From Myxococcota bacterium (GTDB lineage Bacteria; Myxococcota_A; SURF-8), in contig CAXXQS010000002.1 in NCBI GenBank assembly GCA_963674735.2, positions 1,856,001 to 1,920,000 of the forward strand: a stretch of DNA of 64,000 nucleotides, read 5' to 3'. The notes beneath the pieces were generated by a model. That model worked only from the letters and a program-made list of their open reading frames with translations. It was not told where the DNA came from and made no database searches. This document shows positions 18,492-28,879 of this stretch, piece by piece. Position numbers and translations under genes: made by a program. Positions within the stretch are counted from its first letter, which is position 1, and each line of letters starts with the position of its first letter.

Positions 18492-19353
18492 CGACGAGGT
18501 CATGAAGATCCGCGAAAAACTGCTCGAAGTGTGGAACACCCCGATGGACGAAAAGTTCAGGGATCAGTTGGCGGCATTGCCGACGAAGCTCAACGAGTTC
18601 GGCTTCGATGAATTCGGCTTTTCCCCCGATTGGACCAAGTGGGCGCTCTATTTTACGGTCTGGCTGCACAAGTATTACTTCCGCGTGGAATCCTACGGCA
18701 TCGAAAAGATTCCGGAAGGGCGGGTGCTGCTGATCGCCAACCACTCCGGTCAGATTCCCCTCGACGGGGTGATGATCGGGACGTCGGTGATTATGGAAGG
18801 TCAACCGCCGCGTGCGTTGCGCAGCATGGTGGAGCGCTGGGCATCGACTTTGCCGGTGGTGTCCACTTTCTTCACCCGCGTGGGACAGATTCTCGGGACA
18901 CCCGAAAATGCACGGGCGCTTTTAGAGCGCGACGAGGCTCTGCTGGTGTTTCCGGAAGGGGTGAAAGGCATCAACAAACTCTTCTGGCAGCGTTATCAAC
19001 TGGCAAAATTCGGTACCGGTTTCATGCGTCTGGCTTTACAGACGAACACGCCGATCGTGCCGGTAGCGGTCATCGGGGCGGAGGAGCAGTTGCCGTCGGT
19101 GGCCAATTTCAAAGGCTTGGCCAGCCTGTTTAAAATGCCGGCGGTTCCGATTTTACCGCAGCTTCTGGTGCCCATTTTGGGCTGGCTGCCCTTGCCGACC
19201 AAATACCGGATCTACTTCGGCGACCCGCTCGTTTTCGAGGGCGACGCCAACGACGAGGACGTGGTGGTCGAGGAAAAAGTGAATACGGTTCGTCGCGCCT
19301 TGCAGGAAATGATCACCTACGGTCTCAAGAACCGCAAACATGTGTTCTGGTGA
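18484..19353 (+). CDS. lysophospholipid/glycerol acyltransferase (PlsC-like)
   Basis: ANHSGQIPLDG, VFPEG, PIVPVAVIG; GTG start after GGAGG. Confidence 0.9.
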   Translation: MADDEVMKIREKLLEVWNTPMDEKFRDQLAALPTKLNEFGFDEFGFSPDWTKWALYFTVWLHKYYFRVESYGIEKIPEGRVLLIANHSGQIPLDGVMIGTSVIMEGQPPRALRSMVERWASTLPVVSTFFTRVGQILGTPENARALLERDEALLVFPEGVKGINKLFWQRYQLAKFGTGFMRLALQTNTPIVPVAVIGAEEQLPSVANFKGLASLFKMPAVPILPQLLVPILGWLPLPTKYRIYFGDPLVFEGDANDEDVVVEEKVNTVRRALQEMITYGLKNRKHVFW

Positions 19354-19363
19354 GGAGGCGGGT

Positions 19364-20383
19364 ATGAGTGCGAAACGGTCACAGCCGAGCAAAAACACCG
19401 CCGCATCGTCCAAGGCCGCCAAAGTCGCCACCCCCCCGGCTCGGCGTCGGCGGGCCTCCAAGCGGCCACGCGTTCTGATCACGGGTATTTCAGGTGGCAT
19501 GGGGCGTTTGCTGGCCAAGCGTTTGCATCGCGTGGCCGAGGTGCACGGGGTGGATCTGCGGCCTTTTGTCGGGAAGCCCAAAGACGTGGTGATGCACCAT
19601 GTGGACTTGCGCAAGAAACGCTGCGAAGACCTCTTTCGTCTCAACCATTACCAGGCCGTTTTTCATTTAGGTATTCTGCATGATCCGCGCCGCAGTGCCG
19701 AGGAACACCATAGCGTCAATCTGACGGGTACGATGAAGATTCTCGAATACTGCCAGCGTTACGGGGTGAACAAGGTCATCCTGCTCAGTTCCGCCACCAT
19801 CTATGGACCGCGCCCCACCAATCCCATCTTTCTCACCGAGGATTCGCCCCTGCTGGCCGGGGAGCGTTTTCCGCAGATCCGCGATCAGATCGAGTTGGAC
19901 ATGCTGGCGCAGTCGTTTTTCTGGAAGCACCACGAGATCGAAACGGTGATTCTGCGGCCGGTACACGTGGTGGGCCCCAATATCACCAACGCCATGACCA
20001 CCTATCTGCGTCTGAAACGCGTCCCCCGTTTGTTCGGCTTCGATCCGCTGGTGCAGATCATCCACGAGCAGGATGTCATCGAGGCGTTGGCGTTGTCGAT
20101 GCGCTCGGGCGTGCGCGGCATTTTCAATATCACCGGACCGACGGCGGTTCCGATCTCCACCTTGATCGAGACGCTCGGCAAATCCACTATTCCCGTTCCG
20201 CATCCCTTTGCCAGGTTTATCGCCGATCATTTATGGCGTCTCAAACTTTCCGAGCTGCCCGCGCCGCAGATCGATTACGCCCGCTTTATTTGTACCGTCG
20301 ACGGCTCGCGAGCCGAACGTATTTTGAATTTCAAATCCCGGTATGGTATTCGGCAAACTCTGGCCGATCTGGCCGAAAGCTGA
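19364..20383 (+). CDS. NAD-dependent epimerase/dehydratase (extended SDR)
   Basis: VLITGISGGMG, NLTGT, SSATIYG, ILRP; RBS GAGGAGG. Confidence 0.9.
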   Translation: MSAKRSQPSKNTAASSKAAKVATPPARRRRASKRPRVLITGISGGMGRLLAKRLHRVAEVHGVDLRPFVGKPKDVVMHHVDLRKKRCEDLFRLNHYQAVFHLGILHDPRRSAEEHHSVNLTGTMKILEYCQRYGVNKVILLSSATIYGPRPTNPIFLTEDSPLLAGERFPQIRDQIELDMLAQSFFWKHHEIETVILRPVHVVGPNITNAMTTYLRLKRVPRLFGFDPLVQIIHEQDVIEALALSMRSGVRGIFNITGPTAVPISTLIETLGKSTIPVPHPFARFIADHLWRLKLSELPAPQIDYARFICTVDGSRAERILNFKSRYGIRQTLADLAES

Positions 20384-20492
20384 TCCTCCACCGAATTTGC
20401 AACACGCGTCAATGCTCGAACAGTCGTTGTCGATCCGTGAGGGCGTGCAAATCCCCGCCGAACGTTCTTGATGGGAAGTCGGAATTCTCCAC

Positions 20493-20522
20493 AAAAAAAC
20501 GCCCCGCCTAAGCAGGGCGTTT
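20493..20522. terminator. probable bidirectional terminator between the epimerase gene and HU
   Basis: AAAAAAACGCCC..GGGCGTTT hairpin between convergent genes. Confidence 0.65.
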
Positions 20523-20545
20523 CAGATACGCTTTTCGCGACCGGT

Positions 20546-21526
20546 CTAAAGCATGTTTTTCAACTTCGGTGCCGGTTTGAAGGCGACGGTTTTGCTGGCT
20601 TTGATCTTGATCGCTTCACCCGTTTGCGGATTGCGGCCCTTGCGCGCCTTGCGGGTCTTCAACGTGAAGGTGCCGAAGCCGGGAATGCTGATGCGCTTGT
20701 TCTTCTTGACCGAGACGGCCAGAATGGCGAACAGACTATCGATCAGTTCGTTGGTTGCCTTGGCGGATAGATCGAGCGGAACGCTGGTTTTGAGCGCCTC
20801 GATCAGCTCGGCCTTGGTTCCAACCGCTTTGGGCTTCCACACTTTGGAGCTGGTTTTCGCTTTGGGTGCTTTTTTCGCGCCACAGCGACCGCCCATTTTT
20901 TTGGCCGGGGCTTTCTTGGCGACAGCCTTTTTGACCGGAGCCTTCTTGGCAGCCGGTTTCTTGGCGACGGCCTTCTTGACCGCAGGCTTCTTGGCAGCCG
21001 GTTTCTTGGCGACGGCTTTCTTGGCCGCAGGCTTCTTGGCAGCCGGTTTCTTGGCGACGGCCTTCTTGACCGCAGGCTTCTTGGCGGCCGGTTTTTTAGC
21101 GACGGCCTTCTTGACCGCAGGCTTCTTGGCGGCCGGTTTTTTAGCGACAGCCTTCTTGGCCGCGGGTTTCTTGGCGGCCGGTTTTTTGGCGACGGCCTTC
21201 TTGACCGCAGGTTTCTTGGCGGCCGGTTTCTTGGCAACGGCCTTCTTGACCGCAGGCTTCTTGGCGGCCGGTTTTTTAGCGACGGCCTTCTTGACCGCAG
21301 GCTTCTTGGCGGCCGGTTTTTTGGCGACGGCTTTCTTGACCGCCGGTTTCTTGACCGCGGGTTTCTTGGCGGCCGGTTTTTTAGCGACAGCCTTCTTCGC
21401 GGTCGGTTTCGGAGCAGCGGCCTTTTTGACCGCGGGCTTCTTAGCCGCAACTTTTTTAGCGGCCGGTTTTTTGGCGGCTGGTTTCTTAGCCGCAGCCTTC
21501 GGGGTGGCTTTCTTTGCCGTGGCCAT
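20546..21526 (-). CDS. hup: HU-family DNA-binding protein with ~230-aa N-terminal Lys/Ala/Pro repeat tail
   Basis: C-terminal [39 protein letters not shown]; RBS AGGAGG. Confidence 0.92.
   Translation of the reverse strand: MATAKKATPKAAAKKPAAKKPAAKKVAAKKPAVKKAAAPKPTAKKAVAKKPAAKKPAVKKPAVKKAVAKKPAAKKPAVKKAVAKKPAAKKPAVKKAVAKKPAAKKPAVKKAVAKKPAAKKPAAKKAVAKKPAAKKPAVKKAVAKKPAAKKPAVKKAVAKKPAAKKPAAKKAVAKKPAAKKPAVKKAVAKKPAAKKAPVKKAVAKKAPAKKMGGRCGAKKAPKAKTSSKVWKPKAVGTKAELIEALKTSVPLDLSAKATNELIDSLFAILAVSVKKNKRISIPGFGTFTLKTRKARKGRNPQTGEAIKIKASKTVAFKPAPKLKNML
20910..21500 (-). repeat. coding tandem repeat: 15-nt KKxxx units grouped into ~9 copies of a 45-nt unit ([15 protein letters not shown])
   Basis: Visible periodic ttcttggc/ttcttgac repeats; boundaries approximate. 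Confidence 0.9.
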
Positions 21527-21574
21527 CTTTCCTTCCTCCTGGGTTCAAGTACTTTTGCCGGGTTAATTGATACA

Positions 21575-21603
21575 TTTATAGACACGTTTGTTGGGAAAGT
21601 CAA
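21575..21603 (-). promoter_or_regulatory. sigma70 promoter of the HU gene
   Basis: Minus strand TTGACT-17-TATAAA. Confidence 0.65.
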
Positions 21604-21759
21604 GTAAAATGTCGAAAATCGCTAGGAATTATGAGGGTGTGAGAGAACCCGTTCGCGGAGAGGCTTATGGGACAACGCTCTCCTTAAAACGACCTTGTCG
21701 CTGGTAATTGTCTAATGATTTCAATATAGTTAATGTATTATATGGGGCTGCGGAATCCA

Positions 21760-21788
21760 TTGACACCTTTTCGGACCCGCATTACAAT
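21760..21788 (+). promoter_or_regulatory. sigma70 promoter of sppA-trmL-trpS
   Basis: TTGACA-17-TACAAT. Confidence 0.7.
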
Positions 21789-21830
21789 CGGTCGCCCGGA
21801 TCGATCAACTCGAACGAGGAGGTGGTTATT

Positions 21831-22823
21831 ATGTGCCGTCATACTTATTTTGTTTGGCCGATTGTGATTGTCGTCGCCACGCTATGGCTGGGGGGCTGCA
21901 GCCCGCGCATCAACGTCTTTCCCGATTACAGCGAACCCTTGCAGGAAGCGTCGCTCAGCGGTTCGGGAAACGACAAAATCCTGATCGTCCCGATTTCCGG
22001 TGTCATTACCGACCGCCCGCGCCAAGGGTTGTTCTTTTCGCGACCATCCGTAGTGGAGGAAACCATTTCCGTTTTGAACAAGGCCCGCAAAGATGACGCG
22101 GTCAAGGCCTTGGTCCTGCGCATCGATTCGCCGGGTGGCACGGTGACCGCCTCGGACATTCTCTACCGCAGCATCAAGGATTTTAAACAGGAAACCGGAA
22201 AGCCGGTCGTGGCCATGATGACCGGCCTCGCAGCATCGGGCGGCTATTACGCCGCCGTGGCGGCCGATCGTATCGTGGCCCATCCCACCACCATCACCGG
22301 CTCCATCGGCGTGATTTTCTTTCTCGTCAACGTCGAAGCGCTGTTCGATAAAATCGGGGTGGAAGCCGAAGCGGTCAAGTCGGGCGAACACAAAGACATG
22401 GGATCGCCTTTCCGCGAAATGTCGGCCAAAGAGCGGGCGATCATGCAGAGCATCAACGACCAATTTTACAACCAGTTCATCCGCGCCATTGCCGACGGGC
22501 GGCCCGAGTTGGACGAAGCCGCCGTGCGTCCCTATGCCGATGGCCGTATCTTCACCGCCCAGCAGGCGCTCGCGGCCAAACTCATCGATCGCATCGGGTA
22601 TGCCGACGCGACCTTGGAGATTGCGCGTCAGTTGGCCGGGCTCGGCGACGACGCCCGAGTGGTGATCTACCGCCGTTCCCCCACTTCCGAAGATCATGTC
22701 TATCGCGCCGCGGCCCAGTCTGGCTCGATGCAAATCAAGCTGGTCGATCTGGGCCTCGACCGTTTTACCTTCGCCCCCCATACCGGTTTCTACTATCTGT
22801 GGGAACCGGGCATTCAGAACTGA
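21831..22823 (+). CDS. sppA: signal peptide peptidase SppA (S49), lipoprotein
   Basis: LRIDSPGG, AASGGYY, TGSIGV, KSGEHKD; lipobox LGGC; RBS GGAGG. Confidence 0.93.
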   Translation: MCRHTYFVWPIVIVVATLWLGGCSPRINVFPDYSEPLQEASLSGSGNDKILIVPISGVITDRPRQGLFFSRPSVVEETISVLNKARKDDAVKALVLRIDSPGGTVTASDILYRSIKDFKQETGKPVVAMMTGLAASGGYYAAVAADRIVAHPTTITGSIGVIFFLVNVEALFDKIGVEAEAVKSGEHKDMGSPFREMSAKERAIMQSINDQFYNQFIRAIADGRPELDEAAVRPYADGRIFTAQQALAAKLIDRIGYADATLEIARQLAGLGDDARVVIYRRSPTSEDHVYRAAAQSGSMQIKLVDLGLDRFTFAPHTGFYYLWEPGIQN

Positions 22824-22838
22824 GGAAAGGACGAACCG

Positions 22839-23294
22839 TTGAAAGTCGTTTTGGTACAACCGGAGATTCCTCCCAACACGGGCAGTATCGCCCGTACCTG
22901 CGCGGGCATGCGGATCCCGTTGCATCTGGTCAAGCCGCTGGGGTTTTCTCTCGATGACCGCCACCTCAAGCGGGCGGGACTCGATTATTGGCCGCATGTG
23001 GATTTGACGGTGCATGAAAGCTGGCAGGATTTTCTTTCCTTGCATGGCCATGAACGACTCTGGTTTTGCACCAAGCGCGGCGCTGCGGTATATAGCCGGG
23101 TGCGCTTTGAACCCGATGACGTCCTGGTCTTCGGACGGGAAACGCGCGGACTCGACCCGGCAATCACGGAGGCGTTTCCCGAGCGGCTGATCAAAATCCC
23201 GATCATCGGTCAAATACGCAGTTACAATTTGTCCAATGCGGTTTCGACCGTTCTCTTTGAAGCGCTGCGGCAGACGCAGCCGGACCTGTTTTAG
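22839..23294 (+). CDS. trmL: tRNA (cytidine/uridine-34-2'-O)-methyltransferase
   Basis: PEIPPNTGSIARTC, LKRAGLDYW, FGRETRGL, RSYNLSN. Confidence 0.95.
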   Translation: MKVVLVQPEIPPNTGSIARTCAGMRIPLHLVKPLGFSLDDRHLKRAGLDYWPHVDLTVHESWQDFLSLHGHERLWFCTKRGAAVYSRVRFEPDDVLVFGRETRGLDPAITEAFPERLIKIPIIGQIRSYNLSNAVSTVLFEALRQTQPDLF

Positions 23295-23338
23295 ACGGAT
23301 CGGAAGGTCGCACCTTCCGTGCATGAAAGGATTCAACA

Positions 23339-24391
23339 ATGAAAAAACGCCTGTTCTCGGGCATGCAGCCCACCGGCGATCTTCACTTGGGCAATTATGT
23401 CGGCGCACTCAAAAGCTGGGTCGGCCTGCTTGACGACTACGACTGCATCTTCTGCATCGTCGATTATCACGCCATCACGATTCCCTACGAGACGGAAACC
23501 ATGGAACAGCGTGTATTGAACGCCGCCATCGATTACATGGCCTGCGGGATCGATCCGGCGCGCTGCACCATCTTCGTGCAGTCGCAGGTGCCGCAGCATA
23601 CGGAATTGGCCTGGGTGTTGAATTCGGTGACGCCGCTGGGCCAGCTGATGCGCATGACGCAGTTCAAAGCGAAGACGCAGCAGTTCGCCGCCGACAGCGA
23701 CGACGACCAGCTCGGGGAGGTGGCCGAGGAAGATCGCGGCACCTTCATGGAGAAAGCCGGAAAAGTGAACGCGGGACTGTTCACCTATCCCGTCCTGCAG
23801 GCGGCGGATATCATGCTTTACAAGGGTGAAAAAGTGCCGGTGGGTGAAGATCAGGTGCAGCACGTGGAACTGACCCGCGATATCGCGCGGCGCTTCAACA
23901 ACCGCTACGGCCGTGTCTTCCCCGAGTGCGAGCCCATTTTGTCGGCGGCTCCGCGCCTGATGGGATTGGACGCCGTGAACAAAATGTCCAAAAGTCTGGG
24001 CAACCACATTCCGCTGTCCATGAAGGCCGAGGATGTCATTCAGAAAGTCACGCGGGAATCCGTTTCCGACCCGCGACGCGTCAAACGGACGGACCCCGGC
24101 GTACCCGAAGAATGCAACCTGCTTGCCTGGCACCAGATTTTCTCAAGCGAAGACGAAATCCGTTGGGCGGCCGAGGGTTGCCGGACGGCGGAGATCGGAT
24201 GTTTCCAGTGCAAGAAAAAGGTGGCCGAAAACATCAACGCGATTCTCGGCCCGGTCCAGGAGCGTCGCGCCGAATTGGCCGCTCATCCCGACGATGTCCG
24301 CGATGTGCTGAACGAAGGCGCCCGCCGCTGCGGCGACATCGCCCAGGCGACCATGGAAGAAGTCCGCAACGGTCTGGGACTCTTGCGCTGA
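23339..24391 (+). CDS. trpS: tryptophan-tRNA ligase
   Basis: FSGMQPTGDLHLGNY, YPVLQAADI, VPVGEDQ, KMSKS. Confidence 0.97.
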   Translation: MKKRLFSGMQPTGDLHLGNYVGALKSWVGLLDDYDCIFCIVDYHAITIPYETETMEQRVLNAAIDYMACGIDPARCTIFVQSQVPQHTELAWVLNSVTPLGQLMRMTQFKAKTQQFAADSDDDQLGEVAEEDRGTFMEKAGKVNAGLFTYPVLQAADIMLYKGEKVPVGEDQVQHVELTRDIARRFNNRYGRVFPECEPILSAAPRLMGLDAVNKMSKSLGNHIPLSMKAEDVIQKVTRESVSDPRRVKRTDPGVPEECNLLAWHQIFSSEDEIRWAAEGCRTAEIGCFQCKKKVAENINAILGPVQERRAELAAHPDDVRDVLNEGARRCGDIAQATMEEVRNGLGLLR

Positions 24392-24421
24392 CCCGCTTGC
24401 AGAAGATCGGGGTGGGGTGGC

Positions 24422-24450
24422 TTGACAGGATCGCCCCACCCACGTAGGCT
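24422..24450 (+). promoter_or_regulatory. sigma70 promoter for the DUF1844 gene; -35 box enclosed by a GGGTGGGG/CCCCACCC inverted repeat
   Basis: TTGACA-17-TAGGCT. Confidence 0.55.
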
Positions 24451-24482
24451 GGTTGAAACGGATAGGTTTGGAGGATTAAGCG

Positions 24483-24926
24483 ATGAGCGATGAACGCAAA
24501 ACCGACGGCAACGGCGGCGCTTCCGGAAACACCCCGGATTCAAACGCGTCCACCGAGACACGCAAGGACTGCCACAATCCGACGGCCAGTCCGGAAACCG
24601 CCACCGACAACGACCGTGAATGCGCCAAGCAAAAGGCCGAAGAGCAGGCATCCAAAATGGGAAAGATGCCGCCCATTGATTTTTCGACTCTCGCGTTTTC
24701 CCTGGCCACCCAGGCGCTGGTGCATATGGGACAGGCGCGCCTGCCGGGACAACCCGAAGGGGAAGTCAATCTGCCCATGGCGAAACAGACCATCGACATC
24801 ATCACCATGTTGGAAACCAAAACCAAGGGCAATCTGAACGAAACCGAAGCGCGTTTGATGCAGAATTTGCTGTATGATCTTCGCACGCGCTATGTGCAAG
24901 TGGCCAAGCGAACACAAAAAGACTGA
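24483..24926 (+). CDS. DUF1844-domain protein
   Basis: IDFSTLAFSL..A.VHMG..NLPMAKQTID..LETKTKGNL..LYDLR. Confidence 0.85.
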   Translation: MSDERKTDGNGGASGNTPDSNASTETRKDCHNPTASPETATDNDRECAKQKAEEQASKMGKMPPIDFSTLAFSLATQALVHMGQARLPGQPEGEVNLPMAKQTIDIITMLETKTKGNLNETEARLMQNLLYDLRTRYVQVAKRTQKD

Positions 24927-24952
24927 TCCTTAACCGGACGGGGAGCGGGTTC

Positions 24953-26128
24953 ATGTATCAGTTACAGGCTGGGAAAATTCTTGCGCTGCGACTCGTCTGC
25001 CTGGCTCTGGTGGTCGGTCTTCTGTTTGGTTGCAAGCGTCGCGACGACGTGGCCGAGCCGGTGTTGGAACTGAATACGCCGAGCCATCGGGCTTTGGCCG
25101 CGCTCGACGATCTGACGGAAACCGAGACGGCTCCTGCCGATGAGGTTGCGCCGCCTTCCGCCCCTGTGCCGGTCCCTGCCATTCTACCGCCGGTGGTCCG
25201 ACCGACGCTTGATCCGGCTGCGCTTGTCGAACGGGCCCGTGCCTACGGCGTGTCGCTCACGGTCGACGGGGCTTCTCTTCCGGGTTTGCGTATCGGGTCC
25301 ATGGTCTTGGCCAGGTTCGGAGCAACCGCAGGCGAGGGGCGTTTGGGCGAAGCCTTGTGCCGCAGGGTCGAACCGGCCGAGCTGTTCGGGCTGGGTCTGT
25401 GTCGGCTCGATGCGGCGGCCGATGTGACAAGCCTGCGCAAGGAACCTTTGGCCGTTGGGGACGCCGTGGTGGTGGTCCCCCTTATCGGAAACGAGGCCGC
25501 CATCCTGGAGGCGCGCGTGGCGACGGCCGAAGCCGCAGCCAACGCTCAAGGCATGTTAGGTCTGGAGACCCCTTTTCTGCTGCTCGACCGCGCTCCCATT
25601 GCCGACTTGACCGGCTCGGCGCTTCTCGACAACCAGGGTCGTTTGTGCGGCGTTCTGGTCGGACCGCCGGCTGCTCCGCTGATGGCCGCGTTGGCTCCGG
25701 TTGCGCTGACTCGGTTTGCCGACCCGCAGGCCGTCTGGACACCTTTGAAGGCGGCGGAGTCGAAGAAAGAGGCGGCGGTTGCGGCCATTCAACCGCCCGT
25801 TATAGTGCCCCCGAAAGCGTCCGATACCCTCTGGCTGGGGGTGCAGGTGCAGGCGCTTACACCCGAATTGGCCCGCAGCTTCAACCTGGACGCGAAAGCG
25901 ACTGGAGCCTTGGTCACCCGTATCCAACCCGACTCTCCGGCCCAGCGTGCCGGTCTGCGTGACGGAGACCTGATCACCACGCTTGCCAACGCGCCTATCC
26001 GGTCTCTGGCCGACTTGCCCCCGGTGATGAAAATGGCCCAAGCCGGTCGGCCGCTCGCCGTCGGTTTGTGGCGCGAAGGGGGCGAAACCACCCTGACGAT
26101 CACGCCGAGCACGCGACCTTCAGACTGA
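24953..26128 (+). CDS. lipoprotein with degenerate HtrA-like domain and C-terminal PDZ domain
   Basis: Lipobox LFGC; PDZ WLGVQVQALTPEL..GALV..SPAQRAGLRDGDLI; no GNSGG motif. Confidence 0.75.
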   Translation: MYQLQAGKILALRLVCLALVVGLLFGCKRRDDVAEPVLELNTPSHRALAALDDLTETETAPADEVAPPSAPVPVPAILPPVVRPTLDPAALVERARAYGVSLTVDGASLPGLRIGSMVLARFGATAGEGRLGEALCRRVEPAELFGLGLCRLDAAADVTSLRKEPLAVGDAVVVVPLIGNEAAILEARVATAEAAANAQGMLGLETPFLLLDRAPIADLTGSALLDNQGRLCGVLVGPPAAPLMAALAPVALTRFADPQAVWTPLKAAESKKEAAVAAIQPPVIVPPKASDTLWLGVQVQALTPELARSFNLDAKATGALVTRIQPDSPAQRAGLRDGDLITTLANAPIRSLADLPPVMKMAQAGRPLAVGLWREGGETTLTITPSTRPSD

Positions 26129-26160
26129 TTCCGTTCGCTATTTCAAACACTTGAAGACAC

Positions 26161-26193
26161 CCCCCTTGACAAGCGGGTTGGGCGTTCCCATCT
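26161..26193 (+). promoter_or_regulatory. sigma32 (RpoH)-type heat-shock promoter of clpB
   Basis: CCCCCTTGAC-N14-TTCCCATCT, close to the consensus CTTGAA..CCCCATNT. Confidence 0.6.
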
Positions 26194-26266
26194 TTTAAAC
26201 AACGGGTGGAGGGCCGCCGATCATTTCGATCCGCGACCGGTCCACTTGTCGATAAGGAGTGCTCGT

Positions 26267-28879
26267 ATGCGAATGGATCGATTTACGTTGAAGGCGCAAG
26301 AGGCCTTGGAGCAGGCGCAGTTCATCGCCCGCGAAAACAGCCACCAGCAACTCAACGATGAACATCTGCTGGCGGCGTTATTGGAACAGCCGGAGGGTGT
26401 CGCGGCGCGCTTGATGGGCCGGGCCGGAATCGAGGTCACGGCCTTGCGGGATGCCGTCGAACGCGAAATTGCGCGTTTTCCCCGTGTGGAGGGTGGCTTG
26501 CCGTTGCATTTGTCGCGCGAGACGGAACGCATGCTCGACCGGGCGCTCAACGAAGCGCAAGCCCTGAAAGATGAATACGTGTCCACCGAGCACCTGCTGC
26601 TGGCCATTTTGGCCGGTGAAGGGGACGCGGCCACCTTGCTGAAGCAGTCCGGGCTGAGCCGGGACGGTCTTCTCCAGGTGCTCAAGGACGTGCGTGGCTC
26701 CCAGCGAGTGACCGATCCCGGTGCGGAAGACCGTTACGAGGCACTCAAGCGCTACGCCCGCGATCTCACCGATCTGGCCCGGCGCGGCAAGCTCGATCCG
26801 GTCATCGGACGCGATCAGGAAATCCGTCGTGCTATCCAGGTGTTGTCGCGCCGCACCAAGAACAATCCCGTTTTGATCGGAGAGCCGGGAGTGGGTAAGA
26901 CCGCCATCGTGGAGGGGCTGGCCCAGCGCATCGTGCGCGGCGACGTTCCCGAGGGACTGAAGAACAAAACGCTGGTGGCGCTCGATTTGGGAGCCTTGAT
27001 CGCCGGGGCCAAGTATCGTGGCGAGTTCGAAGACCGTCTCAAGGCGCTGTTGAAAGAAGTGGAGAACGCCGAGGGGCAGGTGCTGTTGTTTATCGACGAG
27101 CTGCACACGCTGGTGGGGGCCGGGGCCGCCGAGGGGGCCATGGACGCCTCCAACATGCTCAAACCCGCCCTGGCGCGCGGCGAGTTGCACTGCATCGGCG
27201 CGACCACCTTGAACGAGTACCGCAAGCACATTGAAAAAGACGCTGCGCTGGAACGGCGTTTTCAACCGATCCTGGTGGCCGAACCCAACATCGAAGACAC
27301 CATCAGTATTCTGCGCGGTCTCAAGGAACGCTATGAAGTCCATCACGGTGTACGCATCAAGGACGCCGCGCTGGTGGCGGCCGCGACGCTGTCCGATCGC
27401 TACATCAACGATCGTTTCCTGCCCGATAAGGCGGTGGATCTGGTGGATGAAGCGGGTAGCCGCCTGCGGATGGAAATCGATTCCCTGCCCAGCGAAATCG
27501 ATGAACTGGAACGAAAAGTGTTGCAGCTTCAAATCGAGCGCGAGGGTCTGAAAAAGGAAAAAGACGACGCCAGCCGAAAGCGGCTCGATAGCGTGGAACG
27601 CCAGATTGCGGATCTGTCCGAGCAGGTGTCGGGCATGAAGGCGCAGTGGAATCGCGAAAAGGATGTCATTTCGCGTATTCGCGACACCAAAGAGCGCATC
27701 GAGCGCACGCGCTTCGAGGAAGAAGCCGCCGTTCAGAAAGGTGAGTTGGAGAAGGCCGCCGAGTTGAAATACGGGCAGCTTATCCAATTGGAGCGCGATC
27801 TGGAGAGTCTGAATCAGCAGGCCCGCACGATTCGTGAAGAAGGGTCGCTGTTAAAGGAAGAAGTGGACGACGAAGACGTGGCCCAGGTGGTGGCTGCGTG
27901 GACCGGTGTGCCGGTGACGCGCCTTCTGGAGGGCGAATCGCAGAAGCTGATGCGCATGGAACAGCATATTCACGAGCGGTTGGTGGGGCAGGAACGCGCG
28001 GTGACGGCCGTGGCGGATGCCGTACGCCGCGCTCGTGCCGGGTTGCAGGAAGCGAACCGTCCGGTGGGATCCTTCATTTTTCTGGGTCCGACGGGCGTCG
28101 GCAAAACCGAACTGGCCCGTTCGCTGGCGGCCTTTTTGTTTGACGACGAACGCGCCATGATCCGCATCGACATGTCGGAATATATGGAAAAACACTCAGT
28201 GGCGCGTCTGATCGGTGCCCCGCCGGGATACGTGGGTTACGATGAGGGTGGGGCGCTTACCGAAGCGGTGCGGCGCATGCCTTATTCGGTGATTCTGTTC
28301 GACGAAATCGAGAAAGCCCATCGCGACGTGTTCAACGTCCTGCTGCAGATTCTCGATGACGGCCGTTTGACGGACGGGCACGGACGCACGGTGGATTTCA
28401 CCAACAGCATCCTCATTCTCACCTCGAACATCGGGTCGTACGTGATCCAGGAGTATGGCGGCGAGCGCTCCGAGGAGATGGAACGCCAGGTGATGACCCT
28501 GTTGCGTCAGGAGTTCCGGCCGGAGTTCCTGAACCGCGTGGATGATACGATCGTGTTCCACGCCCTGACACGCGAGCATCTGCGTTCCATCGTGGATATC
28601 CGCATCGGCTATCTCAATCGCCTGCTCGGCCAACGCGGGATGCACGTCGAACTCAGTGACGCGGCCAAGGATCGGCTGGCGGCGATGGGCTGGGATCCGG
28701 TGTACGGTGCGCGGCCGGTCAAGCGCGTTATTCAGCGCGAAATCCAGGACGCCCTGGCGCGCGACCTGCTGGAAGGCCGCATCAAAGCGGGAGACGGCCT
28801 GCGGGTGGACGTGGATGGCGAGGCGGGTTTTACCTTCGTTCCGCTTGGACCGACGGAGGCGGCGTCAGAGGCGGGATGA
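26267..28879 (+). CDS. clpB: chaperone ClpB
   Basis: Two AAA modules ([16 protein letters not shown]) and a long coiled-coil M domain; RBS AAGGAG. Confidence 0.97.
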   Translation: MRMDRFTLKAQEALEQAQFIARENSHQQLNDEHLLAALLEQPEGVAARLMGRAGIEVTALRDAVEREIARFPRVEGGLPLHLSRETERMLDRALNEAQALKDEYVSTEHLLLAILAGEGDAATLLKQSGLSRDGLLQVLKDVRGSQRVTDPGAEDRYEALKRYARDLTDLARRGKLDPVIGRDQEIRRAIQVLSRRTKNNPVLIGEPGVGKTAIVEGLAQRIVRGDVPEGLKNKTLVALDLGALIAGAKYRGEFEDRLKALLKEVENAEGQVLLFIDELHTLVGAGAAEGAMDASNMLKPALARGELHCIGATTLNEYRKHIEKDAALERRFQPILVAEPNIEDTISILRGLKERYEVHHGVRIKDAALVAAATLSDRYINDRFLPDKAVDLVDEAGSRLRMEIDSLPSEIDELERKVLQLQIEREGLKKEKDDASRKRLDSVERQIADLSEQVSGMKAQWNREKDVISRIRDTKERIERTRFEEEAAVQKGELEKAAELKYGQLIQLERDLESLNQQARTIREEGSLLKEEVDDEDVAQVVAAWTGVPVTRLLEGESQKLMRMEQHIHERLVGQERAVTAVADAVRRARAGLQEANRPVGSFIFLGPTGVGKTELARSLAAFLFDDERAMIRIDMSEYMEKHSVARLIGAPPGYVGYDEGGALTEAVRRMPYSVILFDEIEKAHRDVFNVLLQILDDGRLTDGHGRTVDFTNSILILTSNIGSYVIQEYGGERSEEMERQVMTLLRQEFRPEFLNRVDDTIVFHALTREHLRSIVDIRIGYLNRLLGQRGMHVELSDAAKDRLAAMGWDPVYGARPVKRVIQREIQDALARDLLEGRIKAGDGLRVDVDGEAGFTFVPLGPTEAASEAG

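Noticed and set aside
20910-21500. Periodic repeats as a possible CRISPR array
   Set aside because: No unique spacers, in-frame coding repeat, and no cas genes.
20553-21603. 337-aa hydrophobic antisense ORF and 266-aa Arg-rich alternate-frame ORF
   Set aside because: Shadows of the HU coding repeat; only the HU frame has an RBS and a recognisable domain.
28865-28879. 15-bp overlap of convergent clpB and GT87-like 3' ends
   Set aside because: Short convergent overlaps are common; nothing suggests a function.
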